Shown here: positions 9,801-20,882 of the stretch, piece by piece | Position numbering within the stretch: position 1 is the stretch's first letter | Layout of the letters: each line of letters opens with the position of its first letter | Assembly (NCBI GenBank): GCA_040752575.1 | Contig: JBFMGK010000073.1 | Coordinates: forward strand, 29,399-93,398 | Origin: Candidatus Bipolaricaulota bacterium | Lineage (GTDB): Bacteria; Bipolaricaulota; Bipolaricaulia; UBA7950; UBA9294 | Length of the DNA: 64,000 nucleotides | Reading direction: 5' to 3' | Program-made: the position numbers and the translations under genes | The notes under the pieces: generated by a model | Told to the model about the DNA's origin: nothing | Seen by the model: the letters and a program-made list of their open reading frames with translations, nothing else | Database searches by the model: none

Positions 9801-10496
9801 ATGGCGTTTCGGGGAGTTCTCGCCGCACTCTGTCTTGCCGGGCTCGCCGTGCTCGGCGGTTGTGCGCCGGGCGCCAACCTGTCTGCGGCGTTCAAGTATG
9901 CTCCCACGGCAGGTCCCTCGCCGCTTACGGTGACGTTCGACGCTACGAACGCGCCACGGGCGTCGACTCCCCAGATCTACTCCTGGGAGTTCGGCGATGG
10001 GGCGACCGCGATGGGCCCGCACGTCGCTCACACCTATGTCGTCGATCAGCAATGGGTTTTCACGGTTCGCTTGTCGGTCACCGACGGCTCCGGCCGGCTC
10101 GCGACCGCCTCGGCCGACGTGAGCGTGCTGCCTCCCGTTCCGCCACCGTCCGGTCCTGCCGTAGGCTTCACGTGGCCCTTTCACTACGACGCGGCCGGGG
10201 ACGACGCGGAGAACCTCAACGATGAGTACCTCACGCTGCTCAACGAGGAGGACCATCCGGTGGACCTGTCCGGCTGGACGATCGAGAACGAGCGCGGCGT
10301 CACGTTCCGCTTCCCGCATGGCGCCATGCTTGCGTCACGGGCGACGATCACCGTTCACAGCGGCGGGGGAGCAGATTCCGAGACCGTCTTCTACTGGCGC
10401 GCCGGAGATCCCGTGTGGAGCGATCGAAGCGACCTCGCGATCCTGCGCGACGCGCAAGGCAACATCGTGGACGTCTACGCGTACATCTCCTGCTAA
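9801..10496 (+). CDS. Lipoprotein with PKD domain and lamin-tail domain
   Basis: Lipobox VLGGC; PKD motifs YSWEFGDG and HTY; LTD motif NDEYLTLLN..VDLSGWTI. Confidence 0.85.
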   Translation: MAFRGVLAALCLAGLAVLGGCAPGANLSAAFKYAPTAGPSPLTVTFDATNAPRASTPQIYSWEFGDGATAMGPHVAHTYVVDQQWVFTVRLSVTDGSGRLATASADVSVLPPVPPPSGPAVGFTWPFHYDAAGDDAENLNDEYLTLLNEEDHPVDLSGWTIENERGVTFRFPHGAMLASRATITVHSGGGADSETVFYWRAGDPVWSDRSDLAILRDAQGNIVDVYAYISC

Positions 10497-10502
10497 GTAC
10501 GG

Positions 10503-10826
10503 TCAGTCGCGGCGCTCCCACGCGCGCTGGGCGTTCTGCTCTTCTTTGTCCCGCAAGGCATCTCCGAGATCGACGCCGTAACGGTTCGCGATCGCCGCGA
10601 GGTAGATGAGCAGGTCCGCAAGTTCCTCGCCGATCGACGCCTCACGGGACGTGCGATCGACGGCCAGCCCCTCGGCCCGCCGCACGGCGCGATACAACTC
10701 GCCGACCTCCTCACCGAGCAGCAAGCACTTGTCGCGACCGCTCTGGTCAGCGAACCCACGTTCGCGCTCCATTCCGGCGACGTAGCACTGAACCTCGGAG
10801 AGCTTCGGGTCCTGAGAGATGGGCAC
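10503..10826 (-). CDS. MazG-like nucleoside triphosphate pyrophosphohydrolase
   Basis: LGEEVGEL and GEELADLLIYL motifs; GGAGGA RBS before GTG 10826. Confidence 0.85.
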   Translation of the reverse strand: MPISQDPKLSEVQCYVAGMERERGFADQSGRDKCLLLGEEVGELYRAVRRAEGLAVDRTSREASIGEELADLLIYLAAIANRYGVDLGDALRDKEEQNAQRAWERRD

Positions 10827-10827
10827 G

Positions 10828-11781
10828 TCATCCTCCTCCGCCGTCTCCTGAAGTCCGCGGGTGGTAGTGCACGTGCACATCCCGCACAAGGCGAATCTCG
10901 CGCAGGAGAGCTTCTTCAACGCGGCTCGCCACGGCGTCTCCCTCGGCAACGCTCATCGCTCCATCCACCACGATGGTCAGGTTAAGGACGAGGTACGGGC
11001 CGAAGCGATGTGCGCGAATCTCGTCGATTCCGCGTACGCCGTCGATCGTTCTCGTGACGGTCTCGATTTCGGTGCGCGCTGACCCCTCGAGCGACGTATC
11101 CATGAGTTCGGCCGCGGTGTTGCGCACGATCTCGACTCCGGTGTGCAGAACAAACAGCGCCACGAGCGCCCCGGCCAACGGGTCAACCCACGCGATGCCG
11201 AGGCGCCCGAGGACGATGCCCGTGGCTGCGGCCGAAGCGGAAAGAATGTCGTTGCGGTGATCTGCCGCGAGGGCGGCGATCGCGGCGTTCTTTGTCTTGC
11301 GGCCGACGCGTGCGGTGTAGAAGTACAACACGATCTTGGCCGCGACGGTCGCCAGGGCGACGCAAAGCGAGATCCAAGCGACGGGGCGCACTGACGCGGC
11401 TCCAGACAAGAGGTCGAAGGTCGCATCGATGGAGTCCCAGAAGATCGCCACGCCGGTCGTGATGACGAAGGCCCCCACGACGAGCGCCGCGATGCTCTCG
11501 AGCTGTCGGTGCCCGTAGGGATGCTCTTCGTCGGGCGGTCTTCGCGCGGCGCGCATGAAGGCGCCGACGACGGCGTAGTAGATGACGTCCGACGTTGAGT
11601 TGATTCCGTCCGCAAGCAACGCCTGGCTGTGGCCAGCGATCCCGATGCCCGTCTTCAGGACGGCCAGAACAACGTTCGCGATCAGCCCGGCCCCGACGGC
11701 ACGCCCGAGTGCGCGAGGTTGCCCCGTGCTCGTCCCGGGAGCGGTTCGTCGATCGTTGTCGGGCGAGACTCTGCGGTTCAC
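10828..11781 (-). CDS. Cation diffusion facilitator (FieF-like)
   Basis: SQALLADGINS, PPDEEHPYGH, DHRND and VHVHYHP motifs; start at GTG 11781 inferred. Confidence 0.9.
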   Translation of the reverse strand: MNRRVSPDNDRRTAPGTSTGQPRALGRAVGAGLIANVVLAVLKTGIGIAGHSQALLADGINSTSDVIYYAVVGAFMRAARRPPDEEHPYGHRQLESIAALVVGAFVITTGVAIFWDSIDATFDLLSGAASVRPVAWISLCVALATVAAKIVLYFYTARVGRKTKNAAIAALAADHRNDILSASAAATGIVLGRLGIAWVDPLAGALVALFVLHTGVEIVRNTAAELMDTSLEGSARTEIETVTRTIDGVRGIDEIRAHRFGPYLVLNLTIVVDGAMSVAEGDAVASRVEEALLREIRLVRDVHVHYHPRTSGDGGGG

Positions 11782-11829
11782 GCGGGCAGGATAGGCCGCG
11801 GCGAAGACCAACGCAAGCTGCGTGACGCT

Positions 11830-12306
11830 CTAGAGGCGCTTCTCCAGAGTGAGGTCGCACGGCCCATCGCGGAAGGGAGCAACGGGGCGGAATCCCAGCC
11901 TTGTGTACAGGCGAACGGCAGGCACCTGGATTTCCGGCGTCGCGACCTCTAGGCGAACGGAGAGATAGCCCCGCCCTCTTGCGAAAACGAGAAGGGCTTC
12001 GCAGAGCCTCCTGCCCAGGCCCTGGCCGCGGTAGTCCGGCAGGATCCACAATCGTCTCAGCTCGGCAAGCTCGGCATCGATGCCGAGCACGCCTCCCGTC
12101 CCAACGATCTTCCCCGCGTCGACCAGAACGAGAAAGATCCCGCCGCGCTCGCCGTAGTACTCCGCGGGCTCCACGAGGTCGTCGAGCGGGTCGTAGCGGG
12201 CGCGGACCTCGTCGACCCCGATGCCCCAAAGAAGGCGGAACCCGGTGTCGAGGACGTGCAGGATCGCCGCCGTGGATCCGCGTTCGACGAGACGGAGGTC
12301 GATCAT
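11830..12306 (-). CDS. GNAT N-acetyltransferase
   Basis: AELRRLWILPDYRGQGLG acetyl-CoA motif; AVRLYTRLGF. Confidence 0.85.
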   Translation of the reverse strand: MIDLRLVERGSTAAILHVLDTGFRLLWGIGVDEVRARYDPLDDLVEPAEYYGERGGIFLVLVDAGKIVGTGGVLGIDAELAELRRLWILPDYRGQGLGRRLCEALLVFARGRGYLSVRLEVATPEIQVPAVRLYTRLGFRPVAPFRDGPCDLTLEKRL

Positions 12307-12755
12307 GGTCTCCGCCGTGAGCCTCTCGACATTCGATCGAGATACGGGCGCAGGAGCGTTGCCGACATGCCGCAGAACACCGCCGACACGCCGGGCGCAT
12401 CGGGGAATCGAAGGCGCACGCAGCGCGTCAGGAAGCTGCGGACCTCGTCCCCCTGCAGGGCGTGCCAGGGCACGAACAGCGGCGGGTGAAACGGCCGGAA
12501 CATCCACATCGCGGACAGCGTAAGGCCAAGGTCATCGACGCGCATCGCCAACACTCCGCTGTAGCTCACGACGCCGAATCGGCCCGAGAGCCACCGCGCG
12601 AGCCCCGCCGCGGGGGGTTCAGGAGCTCGATGGGATCGTGCGAGTCGCGCCCACCCGCCGGCCCACGACGAAATAGCCAGCACGAAGAACCACAGACCGA
12701 TCGCGGCAGCCGCGATGCCCAGTCCGAAGAGCACATGATCCGCGCCGAGCTTCAT
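12303..12755 (-). CDS. Hypothetical membrane protein
   Basis: N-terminal TM helix, then GGWARLA and FRPFHPPLFVPW; 4-bp overlap with the downstream GNAT. Confidence 0.7.
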   Translation of the reverse strand: MKLGADHVLFGLGIAAAAIGLWFFVLAISSWAGGWARLARSHRAPEPPAAGLARWLSGRFGVVSYSGVLAMRVDDLGLTLSAMWMFRPFHPPLFVPWHALQGDEVRSFLTRCVRLRFPDAPGVSAVFCGMSATLLRPYLDRMSRGSRRRP

Positions 12756-12890
12756 GGCGGGATGATAGCCGCCAAGCCGGGTTGTCTGAAGTCACGTGAT
12801 CCGGGCTTTGCTGTCCGCGGGCGGCAGGGCATACTGGCGCCGATACGGCCGGCGATGCAGTCGGTGGCCGGCCGTCGGCAAGGAGGTCTC

Positions 12891-14870
12891 ATGCCGAAGT
12901 GGCTCCTCTTGGCACTGGCCGTGGCCGTCGTGGCTGGCCTCGTATGGCTCGAGCAGAACTGGACTCCCCAGATGGAGCGCGTGTCTGAACCGGAAGTCGT
13001 CACGGCCCCCGCGCCGGAACCTGTGCCACCGCCGTCTCCCGCATCCGAGGACGACCCGTCGGCCCGGATCGCCGTTCCGACGGCGCCGGAGACCGTCCCC
13101 GGGGCCGAAGCGTCGCGCACCGGGGAAGCGCCGGCCGGCGAGGGAATCGGCGAGCCCACCTCCATGGCGGCCGACCGGCTCTTGGCGCAGGCCGATGAGC
13201 GACTCATGCTGATGTCGCCGGAGTCGATCTCGTATCTCGGCCTGGCGGAGTCGTTCGGCATGCGCAACGACCGACTCGACTCGATGTCGTACGAAGCCGA
13301 GACCGAGGCTTGGGGCGTCCTCGAGGAGACCGCCCGCGACCTCGCGGAGCTGGACCTCGCGGGCGAGAGCGAAGAAACACGCCTGCACGTCGCGATCTAC
13401 CGCGCCTGGCTTGACGACGCGCTCGCAGGCCGCCCGTTTGCCGACCACGGGTTCGTGATCAGTTCGCATATGGACAGCTACCCATCGTATCTCGAGTGGT
13501 TCATGACGAGCCTGCACGTCTTGGCCACGCCGGCCGATGCCGAGGACTACCTCGCCCGCCTGTCGGAGATCCCCGCTCGTTTCGAGGAGGTCGCAGACCG
13601 ACTCGCAAGAAGCGCGGCGATCGGCTCTCTCGCCCCGAAGTTCATGCTCGATGCGGCCATCGATCAGCTCTTGGCGGTCGGCCGCTGCACCGCCGAAGAG
13701 ACAAGCTACTACACGGCTCTGGCCTTCGCTCTGGACGCGATGGATGGGCTGGAGGAGACGCGCAAGGGCGTCTGGCTCGCGATGGCGCGTGAGATCCTCA
13801 CCGAGGCCGTCCTTCCGGCCTACCTCCGGCTCGCCGAGACGGTCGCCGAAGTCGCCGTGGAAGCGCCGCAGGAGGGCGGAGCCTGGCGCGCCGAGAACGG
13901 CGACGCGTACTACGCGTATTGCCTCGCCTCGCAAACGACAACGGACCTGACGGCCGCGGAGATCTATGCGTACGGCCTCGAGGAGGTTGAGCGGATCGAG
14001 GCCGAGATCCGTGACGCCGCGACAGCCTTGGGGATCGAGGCAACCGGCTCGATCCCCGAGATCTTCGGCGAGGTCGAAGCCGTCACCGGGTCATCGCTCG
14101 GCGAGGAGACGCTCGATCGATCGCGCACGCTCCTCGAGCGCATCGTCCCCACGGTGGCCCCCGCGTTCCTTCGCATGCCAGCCGGCGAGATCGAGGTCGT
14201 GGATGGAGGCAGCTACACCTACTTCTCGGCCGGGACCGCCGACGGTTCTAGACCAGGGCAGTACTTCGCTCCGACGGAGACTCCGCAGCCGATCTACGAG
14301 CTTCCAACGGTCACCTACCACGAGGGCATTCCCGGCCACGGCTTTGCGGCCGCTTATACTGCCGGCGCGGAAATCCCCGAGTACCTCGCCGGCATCTCGT
14401 TCACCGCCTACGCCGAGGGTTGGGCGCTGTACGCCGAGCGGCTGGCCTGGGAACTCGGCGCCTACGAGGACGACCCTTACGGGAATCTGGGGCGCCTTCA
14501 GGATGAGCTGTTCCGCGCCGCGCGCTTGGTCGTCGATCCGGGACTCCACGCCCAGGGTTGGACGGTGGATCAGGCCGTGACGTACCTAGGGGAGCACACG
14601 GGTTTCTCCGAGGAGTACGTTCGCTCCGAAGTTGAACGGTATCTCGTGACCCCGGCGCAGGCGGTCACCTACAAGATCGGGATGCGCGAATTCCTCGCGC
14701 TGAGAGAACGCGCCGAAACCGCTCTCGGCGAGAGCTTCGATCTTCCGAGATTCCACGACGCCGTTCTACGACACGGCGAGGTCCCCCTATCGATCCTCGA
14801 GGAACTCGTCGACGCCTACATCGCCGAGGCGAAGGGCCTCGACGGCCCAAGCGGGGAAGTGGGACCGTGA
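12891..14870 (+). CDS. DUF885 family protein (putative metallopeptidase), membrane-anchored or secreted
   Basis: HEGIPGH, AYAEGWALYAE, RAARLVVDPGLH and FHDAVL motifs; AGGAGGT RBS. Confidence 0.9.
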   Translation: MPKWLLLALAVAVVAGLVWLEQNWTPQMERVSEPEVVTAPAPEPVPPPSPASEDDPSARIAVPTAPETVPGAEASRTGEAPAGEGIGEPTSMAADRLLAQADERLMLMSPESISYLGLAESFGMRNDRLDSMSYEAETEAWGVLEETARDLAELDLAGESEETRLHVAIYRAWLDDALAGRPFADHGFVISSHMDSYPSYLEWFMTSLHVLATPADAEDYLARLSEIPARFEEVADRLARSAAIGSLAPKFMLDAAIDQLLAVGRCTAEETSYYTALAFALDAMDGLEETRKGVWLAMAREILTEAVLPAYLRLAETVAEVAVEAPQEGGAWRAENGDAYYAYCLASQTTTDLTAAEIYAYGLEEVERIEAEIRDAATALGIEATGSIPEIFGEVEAVTGSSLGEETLDRSRTLLERIVPTVAPAFLRMPAGEIEVVDGGSYTYFSAGTADGSRPGQYFAPTETPQPIYELPTVTYHEGIPGHGFAAAYTAGAEIPEYLAGISFTAYAEGWALYAERLAWELGAYEDDPYGNLGRLQDELFRAARLVVDPGLHAQGWTVDQAVTYLGEHTGFSEEYVRSEVERYLVTPAQAVTYKIGMREFLALRERAETALGESFDLPRFHDAVLRHGEVPLSILEELVDAYIAEAKGLDGPSGEVGP

Positions 14871-15328
14871 GCGCCGCACGCGGAGCCGTGACCCTGCGCG
14901 AGATCACCGGCGAAACGGTGCGTGCCGTGTGCCGGCTCTCCGACACCCTCGAGCCGAATCAGCAGAGAATGGTGGCGCCAAATGCTCTCTCGATCGCTGA
15001 AGCGTACTTCGAACCGCACGCCTGGTTCCGAGCCATCTACGAGGAAGAGGAGCCGGTGGGCTTCGTGATGCTGTACGACGCTCCCGAGAAGGACTACGTG
15101 TACCTCTGGCGATTCATGATCGCCGCACCGCACCAGCGTCGCAGCGTGGGAAGCCGAGCGCTGGAGCTCGTCTTCGAGCACGCTCGGGCTCGCCCCGGGG
15201 TACGCGAGGTCCGAGCGAGCTACGTTCCGATCGAAGGCGGCGCCGGTCCCTCCTACGAGAAGCTTGGGTTCGTTCCGACCGGCGAGGTCGACGCCGGCGA
15301 GGTTGTCATCCGGCGTCCTCTGCGCTAG
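14867..15328 (+). CDS. GNAT N-acetyltransferase (spermidine acetyltransferase-like)
   Basis: VAPNALSIAEAY, WRFMIAAPHQRRSVG, YEKLGF. Confidence 0.85.
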   Translation: MSAARGAVTLREITGETVRAVCRLSDTLEPNQQRMVAPNALSIAEAYFEPHAWFRAIYEEEEPVGFVMLYDAPEKDYVYLWRFMIAAPHQRRSVGSRALELVFEHARARPGVREVRASYVPIEGGAGPSYEKLGFVPTGEVDAGEVVIRRPLR

Positions 15329-15346
15329 CGCCGGACCCCACAGCTG

Positions 15347-17137
15347 TCACCAGCGCCACACGGCGGAGTAGTCATGCCCCGGCGCAGCGGTCAGTCGGAG
15401 AACCTCGCCGTCCTTAACGCGCAGCGCGTAGACGTCAAACCCCGCGCCGCCTCGGTCGGACGTGAACAGGATCTGGGCCCCGTCCGCCGACCACGCCGGC
15501 TGCATATCCAGACCGGGATCGAATGTGACGCGCGTCACGTTCGAGCCATCAGCGTCCATGACGTAGATCTCGTCGTTGCCATCGCGGTTGGACACTAACG
15601 CGATCCTCGTCCCGTTTGGCGACCATGCCGGCATCGAGTTCGTCGCGCCGAGGTTGGTCAGGCGGCGTTCGCTTCCGAGATCGGCGTCGGCAAGGTAGAT
15701 CTGTTCGGAACCCTCGCGATCCGACGTGAACAGCACACTCTCCCCGTCCGGCGACCAGCCGTAGAAGAGGTCGTTCCACGCGTTGTCAGTGAGCCGACGG
15801 CACCCGCTTCCGTCGGCGCCCACAACCGCCAACTCGGTGGACTTGATCTGGCACGACGGCCGCGGATTCGGCTCCAGCGTGAACCCGATCTTCGTTCCAT
15901 CGGGCGACCAGTACGGCCCCATCGCGCAGGCAGCGCAGCCCGCCGCTTCGGTGATCGTTGCTAGACCCGACCCATCGGCATTCATCACGACGAGAGCCCA
16001 CGACGACGACGACCGATGAGCGTAGGCGGCGAGCTTCGTCCCATCGGGCGACCATGCTGGGTAGTACATATTCTGAGTGCCATCCGACACGCAGCGGACG
16101 TCACCCCCATCGGCGTTCATCACGTAGATCTGCGACCGTCCTGACCGCGTCGAGACCAACGCGATCGGATGATCGGCGTCTGCCTGAGCGAGGGTCTCGT
16201 CGGTCGGAAGACCGGAAGACTCGGCCGTCGGCGGCAGCCACAGGTCCGGCCAGTAGTCGCCCGCGCCATGACGCGTCAGCCGATTGACGTCCGAACCGTC
16301 GCGGTCCATCGAGTAGATCTCGAAGTTGCCGTCGCGGTTCGTCTGGAAGACGATCCGCTCGCCGTCGGGCGACCACTGCGGGTTCTCGTCGACAACGGTC
16401 GGCGTCTGGGTCAGGCGCGTCAGCTGCCCATCGTCGAGGTTCACGACGAACACGTCCTGCCGAACGCTCGGGAAGCTCGCGGCAAAGAAGACGACCTGCC
16501 GGCCATCGGGCGACCAGTCGGGGAAGTAGTCGCTCATCCCCGTGTCCGCGAGCTTCCGGAGGTCTGAACCGTCAATCCCGACAACGAACAGGTCGACTCC
16601 GCCGTCGCGGTCCGAGCTGAACGCAATCTCTCGCCCGTCGGGCGACCAGTCGGGAGACGCGTTGTGGAAGCGATCGCCGATCACGAGGCGAGGCTCGCCT
16701 CCGTCAGCAGCGACAACGTAGATCTCGCTTTTCCCATCGCCATCGCGATCGGCCTCGAAAGCGATCTCGCGCCCATCGGGCGACACGTCGGGATGGTCCT
16801 CGGAACCCGGCAGGTCCATCAGCCGGCGCTCGCCGCTGCCGTCGGCGTTCATCACGTAGAGCTTCACGAGGCAGCTCGGAAAGCAGGTGATCGGGCGAGG
16901 ATCGTCGCGGTCTGACTGGAAAACGATACGCGTGCCGTCCGACGACCAGTCGGAACAGAACTCGTTCGACGTGTTCTGCGTCAGCCGCGACGCTCCCGTT
17001 CCGTCGGCGTTCATCACGTAGATCTCCGCGTTTCCATCTCGGTTCGAGATGAAGACGATCCTCCCGCCTTCCTCGGACGCAAGACACGAGAGGACGAACC
17101 CTGTGAAAACGATGCCGAGGACGATCATGTGTTTCAC
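15347..17137 (-). CDS. Secreted TolB-like protein with two PD40 beta-propeller domains
   Basis: Many PDWSPDG / SNRDGN.EIYVM.ADG repeats in two blocks; signal peptide after GTG 17137. Confidence 0.9.
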   Translation of the reverse strand: MKHMIVLGIVFTGFVLSCLASEEGGRIVFISNRDGNAEIYVMNADGTGASRLTQNTSNEFCSDWSSDGTRIVFQSDRDDPRPITCFPSCLVKLYVMNADGSGERRLMDLPGSEDHPDVSPDGREIAFEADRDGDGKSEIYVVAADGGEPRLVIGDRFHNASPDWSPDGREIAFSSDRDGGVDLFVVGIDGSDLRKLADTGMSDYFPDWSPDGRQVVFFAASFPSVRQDVFVVNLDDGQLTRLTQTPTVVDENPQWSPDGERIVFQTNRDGNFEIYSMDRDGSDVNRLTRHGAGDYWPDLWLPPTAESSGLPTDETLAQADADHPIALVSTRSGRSQIYVMNADGGDVRCVSDGTQNMYYPAWSPDGTKLAAYAHRSSSSWALVVMNADGSGLATITEAAGCAACAMGPYWSPDGTKIGFTLEPNPRPSCQIKSTELAVVGADGSGCRRLTDNAWNDLFYGWSPDGESVLFTSDREGSEQIYLADADLGSERRLTNLGATNSMPAWSPNGTRIALVSNRDGNDEIYVMDADGSNVTRVTFDPGLDMQPAWSADGAQILFTSDRGGAGFDVYALRVKDGEVLRLTAAPGHDYSAVWRW

Positions 17138-17253
17138 CGGGCCCCCTTTCACGACGATGATCTCGCGAAACCGGCGAGCCCGCCAGTCGCGCACGGTTGC
17201 CCGGGAGGCCGCCGGGCTCTACGCTCATGGCATCCAGACGAGGGGGTGCTCCG

Positions 17254-18243
17254 ATGGGTTGGGAAGCGATGCGGAGGATCGTTGTGGGCGGGTCGATTGC
17301 GCTCGTCTGCGGCTCAGCGTTCGTCGCGGCGGCCGATCTCGGCGCCCCAGGGCCCTATGGGTGGGCGTCGTTCGAGGACGAGATCGTCGACGCCGCGCGC
17401 GAGCGCACGGTGAGCGTGCTCGTTGTCTACCCCGTGCCGGCGGAGGACGTTGAGCCTCCTCGCCCCGGGTTTCCGCTCATCGCCTTCCACCACGGCTTTC
17501 TGCTGCGCGGCAGCCTGTACCGCTCGTACGGGGAACGCCTCGCATCGCACGGATTCGTCGTCGTGCTGCCGACGTACGCGATGTCGCTCTCAAGTGCCAA
17601 CCACACCGAGCTGGCACTGGATGCACGGCTTGTGATCGACTACGGGTTAGGCCTGGACCGGGAAACAGGAAGCCCACTGTTCGGTCGCATCGACGAGACA
17701 GCCGTGGGCGCCGCCGGCCACTCGTTCGGCGGGAAGCTCAGTCTTCTCGAAGCGGCTGCCGATCCGCGCGTCCGCGCCATCGCCGCACTCGACCCCGTCG
17801 ATGGCGGCGGGCCGGGCCCGGCCGACCCCGTGTTGTTTCCGAGCGTGACGCCGGAGCGGATGGGCGAGATTACGGCGCCGCTTCTCCTCGTAGGCGCCGA
17901 GCTGGGCGGCGTGAACTGGTTTCTGATCCCCTGTGCGCCGCCGGGTGAGAACTATCAGCGGTTCTTCGAGACGGCAAGCTCGCCGGCGATTGAAGTGACG
18001 CAGAGAGGCGCCGGCCACGGGCAATACGTCGACCCGGGGGCGGAGTTTCTGCTGTCCGCGTGTGCGCCGGGAACGGCGGAGGCCGGGCGTGTTCGCTCCG
18101 ACGCCACCGCGTACCTCACGGCGTTCTTCCTCGGGCACCTCGGGACAGACGCGACGGCTCTCGAGTGGCTCGATGCGCGGCTTGCCGACGACGAGGCACA
18201 TGGGCTCATCTCGGTGCGCCGTACGGAGTCTGGCGGGACCTAG
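17254..18243 (+). CDS. Secreted alpha/beta hydrolase (chlorophyllase/cutinase-like)
   Basis: AFHHGF, LASHGFVVV, nucleophile elbow GHSFGG, LDPVDG and GAGHGQYVD. Confidence 0.85.
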   Translation: MGWEAMRRIVVGGSIALVCGSAFVAAADLGAPGPYGWASFEDEIVDAARERTVSVLVVYPVPAEDVEPPRPGFPLIAFHHGFLLRGSLYRSYGERLASHGFVVVLPTYAMSLSSANHTELALDARLVIDYGLGLDRETGSPLFGRIDETAVGAAGHSFGGKLSLLEAAADPRVRAIAALDPVDGGGPGPADPVLFPSVTPERMGEITAPLLLVGAELGGVNWFLIPCAPPGENYQRFFETASSPAIEVTQRGAGHGQYVDPGAEFLLSACAPGTAEAGRVRSDATAYLTAFFLGHLGTDATALEWLDARLADDEAHGLISVRRTESGGT

Positions 18244-18869
18244 AGCAAGCGGTTTCCCGCGACGTCGAACGCCGCGAGTGCTGCTCGCGCCGACAGGCTT
18301 GTGGGGTACTCACGCGCCAGCAGCGTCCAGATCATCGATCCGTGCAGGTTGCCCTCTGCATCGCGAGACAGCTCTCGCCGCGTGGCCTCGTGCGTGAATC
18401 CGAGCTTTTGCGGAACGGCTGCGCTGGCGAAGTTGTCAGGGCGACAGTGGATCTCGACTCGCGTCACGCCGACGCACTCGAATGCGACCCGGGTCAACGC
18501 GGCGGAGGCTTCGGTCGCCAGACCCTGCCCGACGTGCGAGGCGCGAATCCAGTACCCGATCTCGAGCGCCCCCGGCTCGAGCCGGGTGTGCAACCCGGTT
18601 CCACCGATCGCCAGGCGCTCGTCGCGCGACAAGATCCCGAAGATGTAGTCGCGGTCCAGGTCGAACTCGCCGCGGAACGTCCGCAGGCGCTGCGTCTTGG
18701 CCTCGAGGGACTCCGGCTCGCCCTCGACCCAGGGCATCCACGGACGTAAGTGGTCGAGACTCGAGTCGATCGCCTCCTTCAGGAGCTTGGCGTCGCGCGG
18801 CTCCCAGCAACGCAGAACCAGACGATCCGTTTCGACACGATAGGGCATGCTGCGCTTTGCGTTGTCCAC
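18240..18869 (-). CDS. RimJ/RimL-type GNAT acetyltransferase
   Basis: ETDRLVLR, EIGYWI..GQGLATEA, NFASAAVPQKLGF; GGAGG RBS before GTG 18869. Confidence 0.88.
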   Translation of the reverse strand: MDNAKRSMPYRVETDRLVLRCWEPRDAKLLKEAIDSSLDHLRPWMPWVEGEPESLEAKTQRLRTFRGEFDLDRDYIFGILSRDERLAIGGTGLHTRLEPGALEIGYWIRASHVGQGLATEASAALTRVAFECVGVTRVEIHCRPDNFASAAVPQKLGFTHEATRRELSRDAEGNLHGSMIWTLLAREYPTSLSARAALAAFDVAGNRLL

Positions 18870-18961
18870 CCGTCCTCCCTTGGCGCCCCGGTCTGCCAAG
18901 CTTACCGAGCGCCGGCCGTCGCAGAAAGCCTGGTTGCGCCATGCCGTGGGAGGTGGGGAGA

Positions 18962-19972
18962 ATGGCTGCGATGATCCCGCTTTCTGATCCGTCTCTAGTG
19001 CGCATTCCTGACCTGGCCTTTCGGTCGTTTCGCGGCGCAGATGACTTCCCCGTCAAGGTTGAGATCATGAATGCCACGGCGCGAGCGGATCGACTCGAGT
19101 ACAACGAGACGGTCGACGACCTTGCCCTCCTCTTCGCCCACCTAGCGAACTGCGATCCGCAGTCCGATATGGTCTTCGCCGAGGCTTCGGGGCGTCCGAT
19201 CGCCTACGGACGCGTCTTCTGGCGCGACGAGGTCAGCGGTCTGCGCCTCTACACCTCGCTTGGCTTCATCGATCCAGAGTTCCGCCGACGCGGTCTGGGT
19301 CGCGCTTTGCTTACCTGGAACCAGGCCCGACTCGCTGAGATCGCGCGAACACATGACTCGGACATCGACAAGGCTCTCAACGCGTACGCCACAGACACCT
19401 CTCGCGGCACGGTGGCTCTCCTCGAGGGATCCGGGTATCAGATAGCGCGGCGTATGGTGGAGATGATCCGACCGATCGATCCTCCGCCTCCGCCGTGTCC
19501 CCTCGCTTCAGGACTTAGGGTCGTGCCCTCGAAGCCGGATCACTACCCGGCCATCTGGAGCGCGCGCGCCGAAGCCTACCTGGACCACTGGGGCTTCCTC
19601 GCCCCAGCGAAGGGAGACTGCGAGCGCTGGATGGCCACGCGTCGGTTTCAACCCCATCTGTGGAAGGTCGCCTGGGACGGCGCCGAGGTCGCTGGCGCGG
19701 TCCTCAACCACGTCGACGTGCAGCGAAACGCGTGGGCGGGGAAGGAGCGCGGCTACACGCAGGATGTCTTCGTTCGACGTCCGTGGCGGCGACGCGGACT
19801 TGCCCGTGCGCTGCTTACGGAGACCCTTTTGATGTTCCGCGAGATGGGAATGGAGGAGACGCTCCTCGGCGTCGACGCGACGAATCCGCAAGGCGCCCAT
19901 CGGCTCTACGCAGACCTCGGCTACCAACCCGTCATGTCCCACCTGCACTACCGAAAGCCCCTGCGCGTCTAG
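18962..19972 (+). CDS. Tandem (double-domain) GNAT acetyltransferase
   Basis: Two acetyl-CoA motifs, PEFRRRGLG and RPWRRRGLA; LGVDATNPQGAHRLY. Confidence 0.85.
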   Translation: MAAMIPLSDPSLVRIPDLAFRSFRGADDFPVKVEIMNATARADRLEYNETVDDLALLFAHLANCDPQSDMVFAEASGRPIAYGRVFWRDEVSGLRLYTSLGFIDPEFRRRGLGRALLTWNQARLAEIARTHDSDIDKALNAYATDTSRGTVALLEGSGYQIARRMVEMIRPIDPPPPPCPLASGLRVVPSKPDHYPAIWSARAEAYLDHWGFLAPAKGDCERWMATRRFQPHLWKVAWDGAEVAGAVLNHVDVQRNAWAGKERGYTQDVFVRRPWRRRGLARALLTETLLMFREMGMEETLLGVDATNPQGAHRLYADLGYQPVMSHLHYRKPLRV

Positions 19973-20099
19973 CTCCGTGCCGAGTGCCGCCGCGGCGGAC
20001 CGCGGTCGAACCGCAGCATGGCACAAAGGGCACGTGCGAGCCGGGTTGGTTGTATCCGGAGCACAGCGAGACTAGGCTTTCGGTCTGCGAGGAGGTCTC

Positions 20100-20795
20100 A
20101 TGGCCACGATCTCGATTCTCTATGACAACCATGCGCAGGGCGATGTGCGCCCGGGGTGGGGGTTCTCCGCCTGGATCCGAGTGGGCGATGAGTCCGTGCT
20201 CTTCGACACGGGCGCCGACAAGCTCGTCTTCGAGGGCAACGCGCGCGCCCTCGGCTGTAACCTGAGCACGGTCGGCGTCCTCGCGTTGTCGCACGAGCAC
20301 TGCGACCACGTCGGAGCCGTCTCGGCCGTCACGCGCAGAGGGCTGCGCCTCCTCGTCCCCTCCGCCTTCGCCCGGCGATTTGGCGGGCTCCGGAAGATCG
20401 GCGTCGAACTCACCGCGGTGAAGGGACCCACGCAGCTCTGCGCCGGCGTGAAGTCCACGGGGACGTTCGGGCGGGCCATCCGCGAGCAAGCTCTCCTCGT
20501 CGAGGGCTCGGACGGCCCCGCCCTCGTCACGGGTTGCGCCCACGCAGGGATCGCGACGGTCGCCGAGATCGCCACGAAACTCGCGCAGCGCCCACTCGCC
20601 CTCGTCGTCGGCGGCTTTCACCTCTTCCGCTCCGACGAAGCCGAGGTCCGCCATGCCGCCGACCAGCTCCTTCGCCTGGGCGTCGCCCGCATCGCGCCGT
20701 GCCACTGCACGGGAGACGCGGCAGCCGGCATCCTCCGCGACGCTTTCGGGAATCGATTCACGGAGGTCGCTGCGGGGAACCGGATCGAGGTCTAG
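20100..20795 (+). CDS. MBL-fold metallo-hydrolase
   Basis: LFDTG, SHEHCDHVG, TGCAHAG, GGFHL and PCHCTG motifs. Confidence 0.88.
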   Translation: MATISILYDNHAQGDVRPGWGFSAWIRVGDESVLFDTGADKLVFEGNARALGCNLSTVGVLALSHEHCDHVGAVSAVTRRGLRLLVPSAFARRFGGLRKIGVELTAVKGPTQLCAGVKSTGTFGRAIREQALLVEGSDGPALVTGCAHAGIATVAEIATKLAQRPLALVVGGFHLFRSDEAEVRHAADQLLRLGVARIAPCHCTGDAAAGILRDAFGNRFTEVAAGNRIEV

Positions 20796-20882
20796 CCGGC
20801 TTCGCGAACCGCGTCCAACCAAGGGGCGCCCGCCACGCTACGGCGGACGCCCAACGCGTAGACCCGTCGGCCAGAAAGGGTC

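Noticed and set aside
15347..17137. Regularly spaced GGCGACCA-type DNA repeats suggesting a CRISPR or repeat array
   Set aside because: They encode the WSPDG blades of the PD40 propellers; there are no identical repeats with unique spacers and no cas genes
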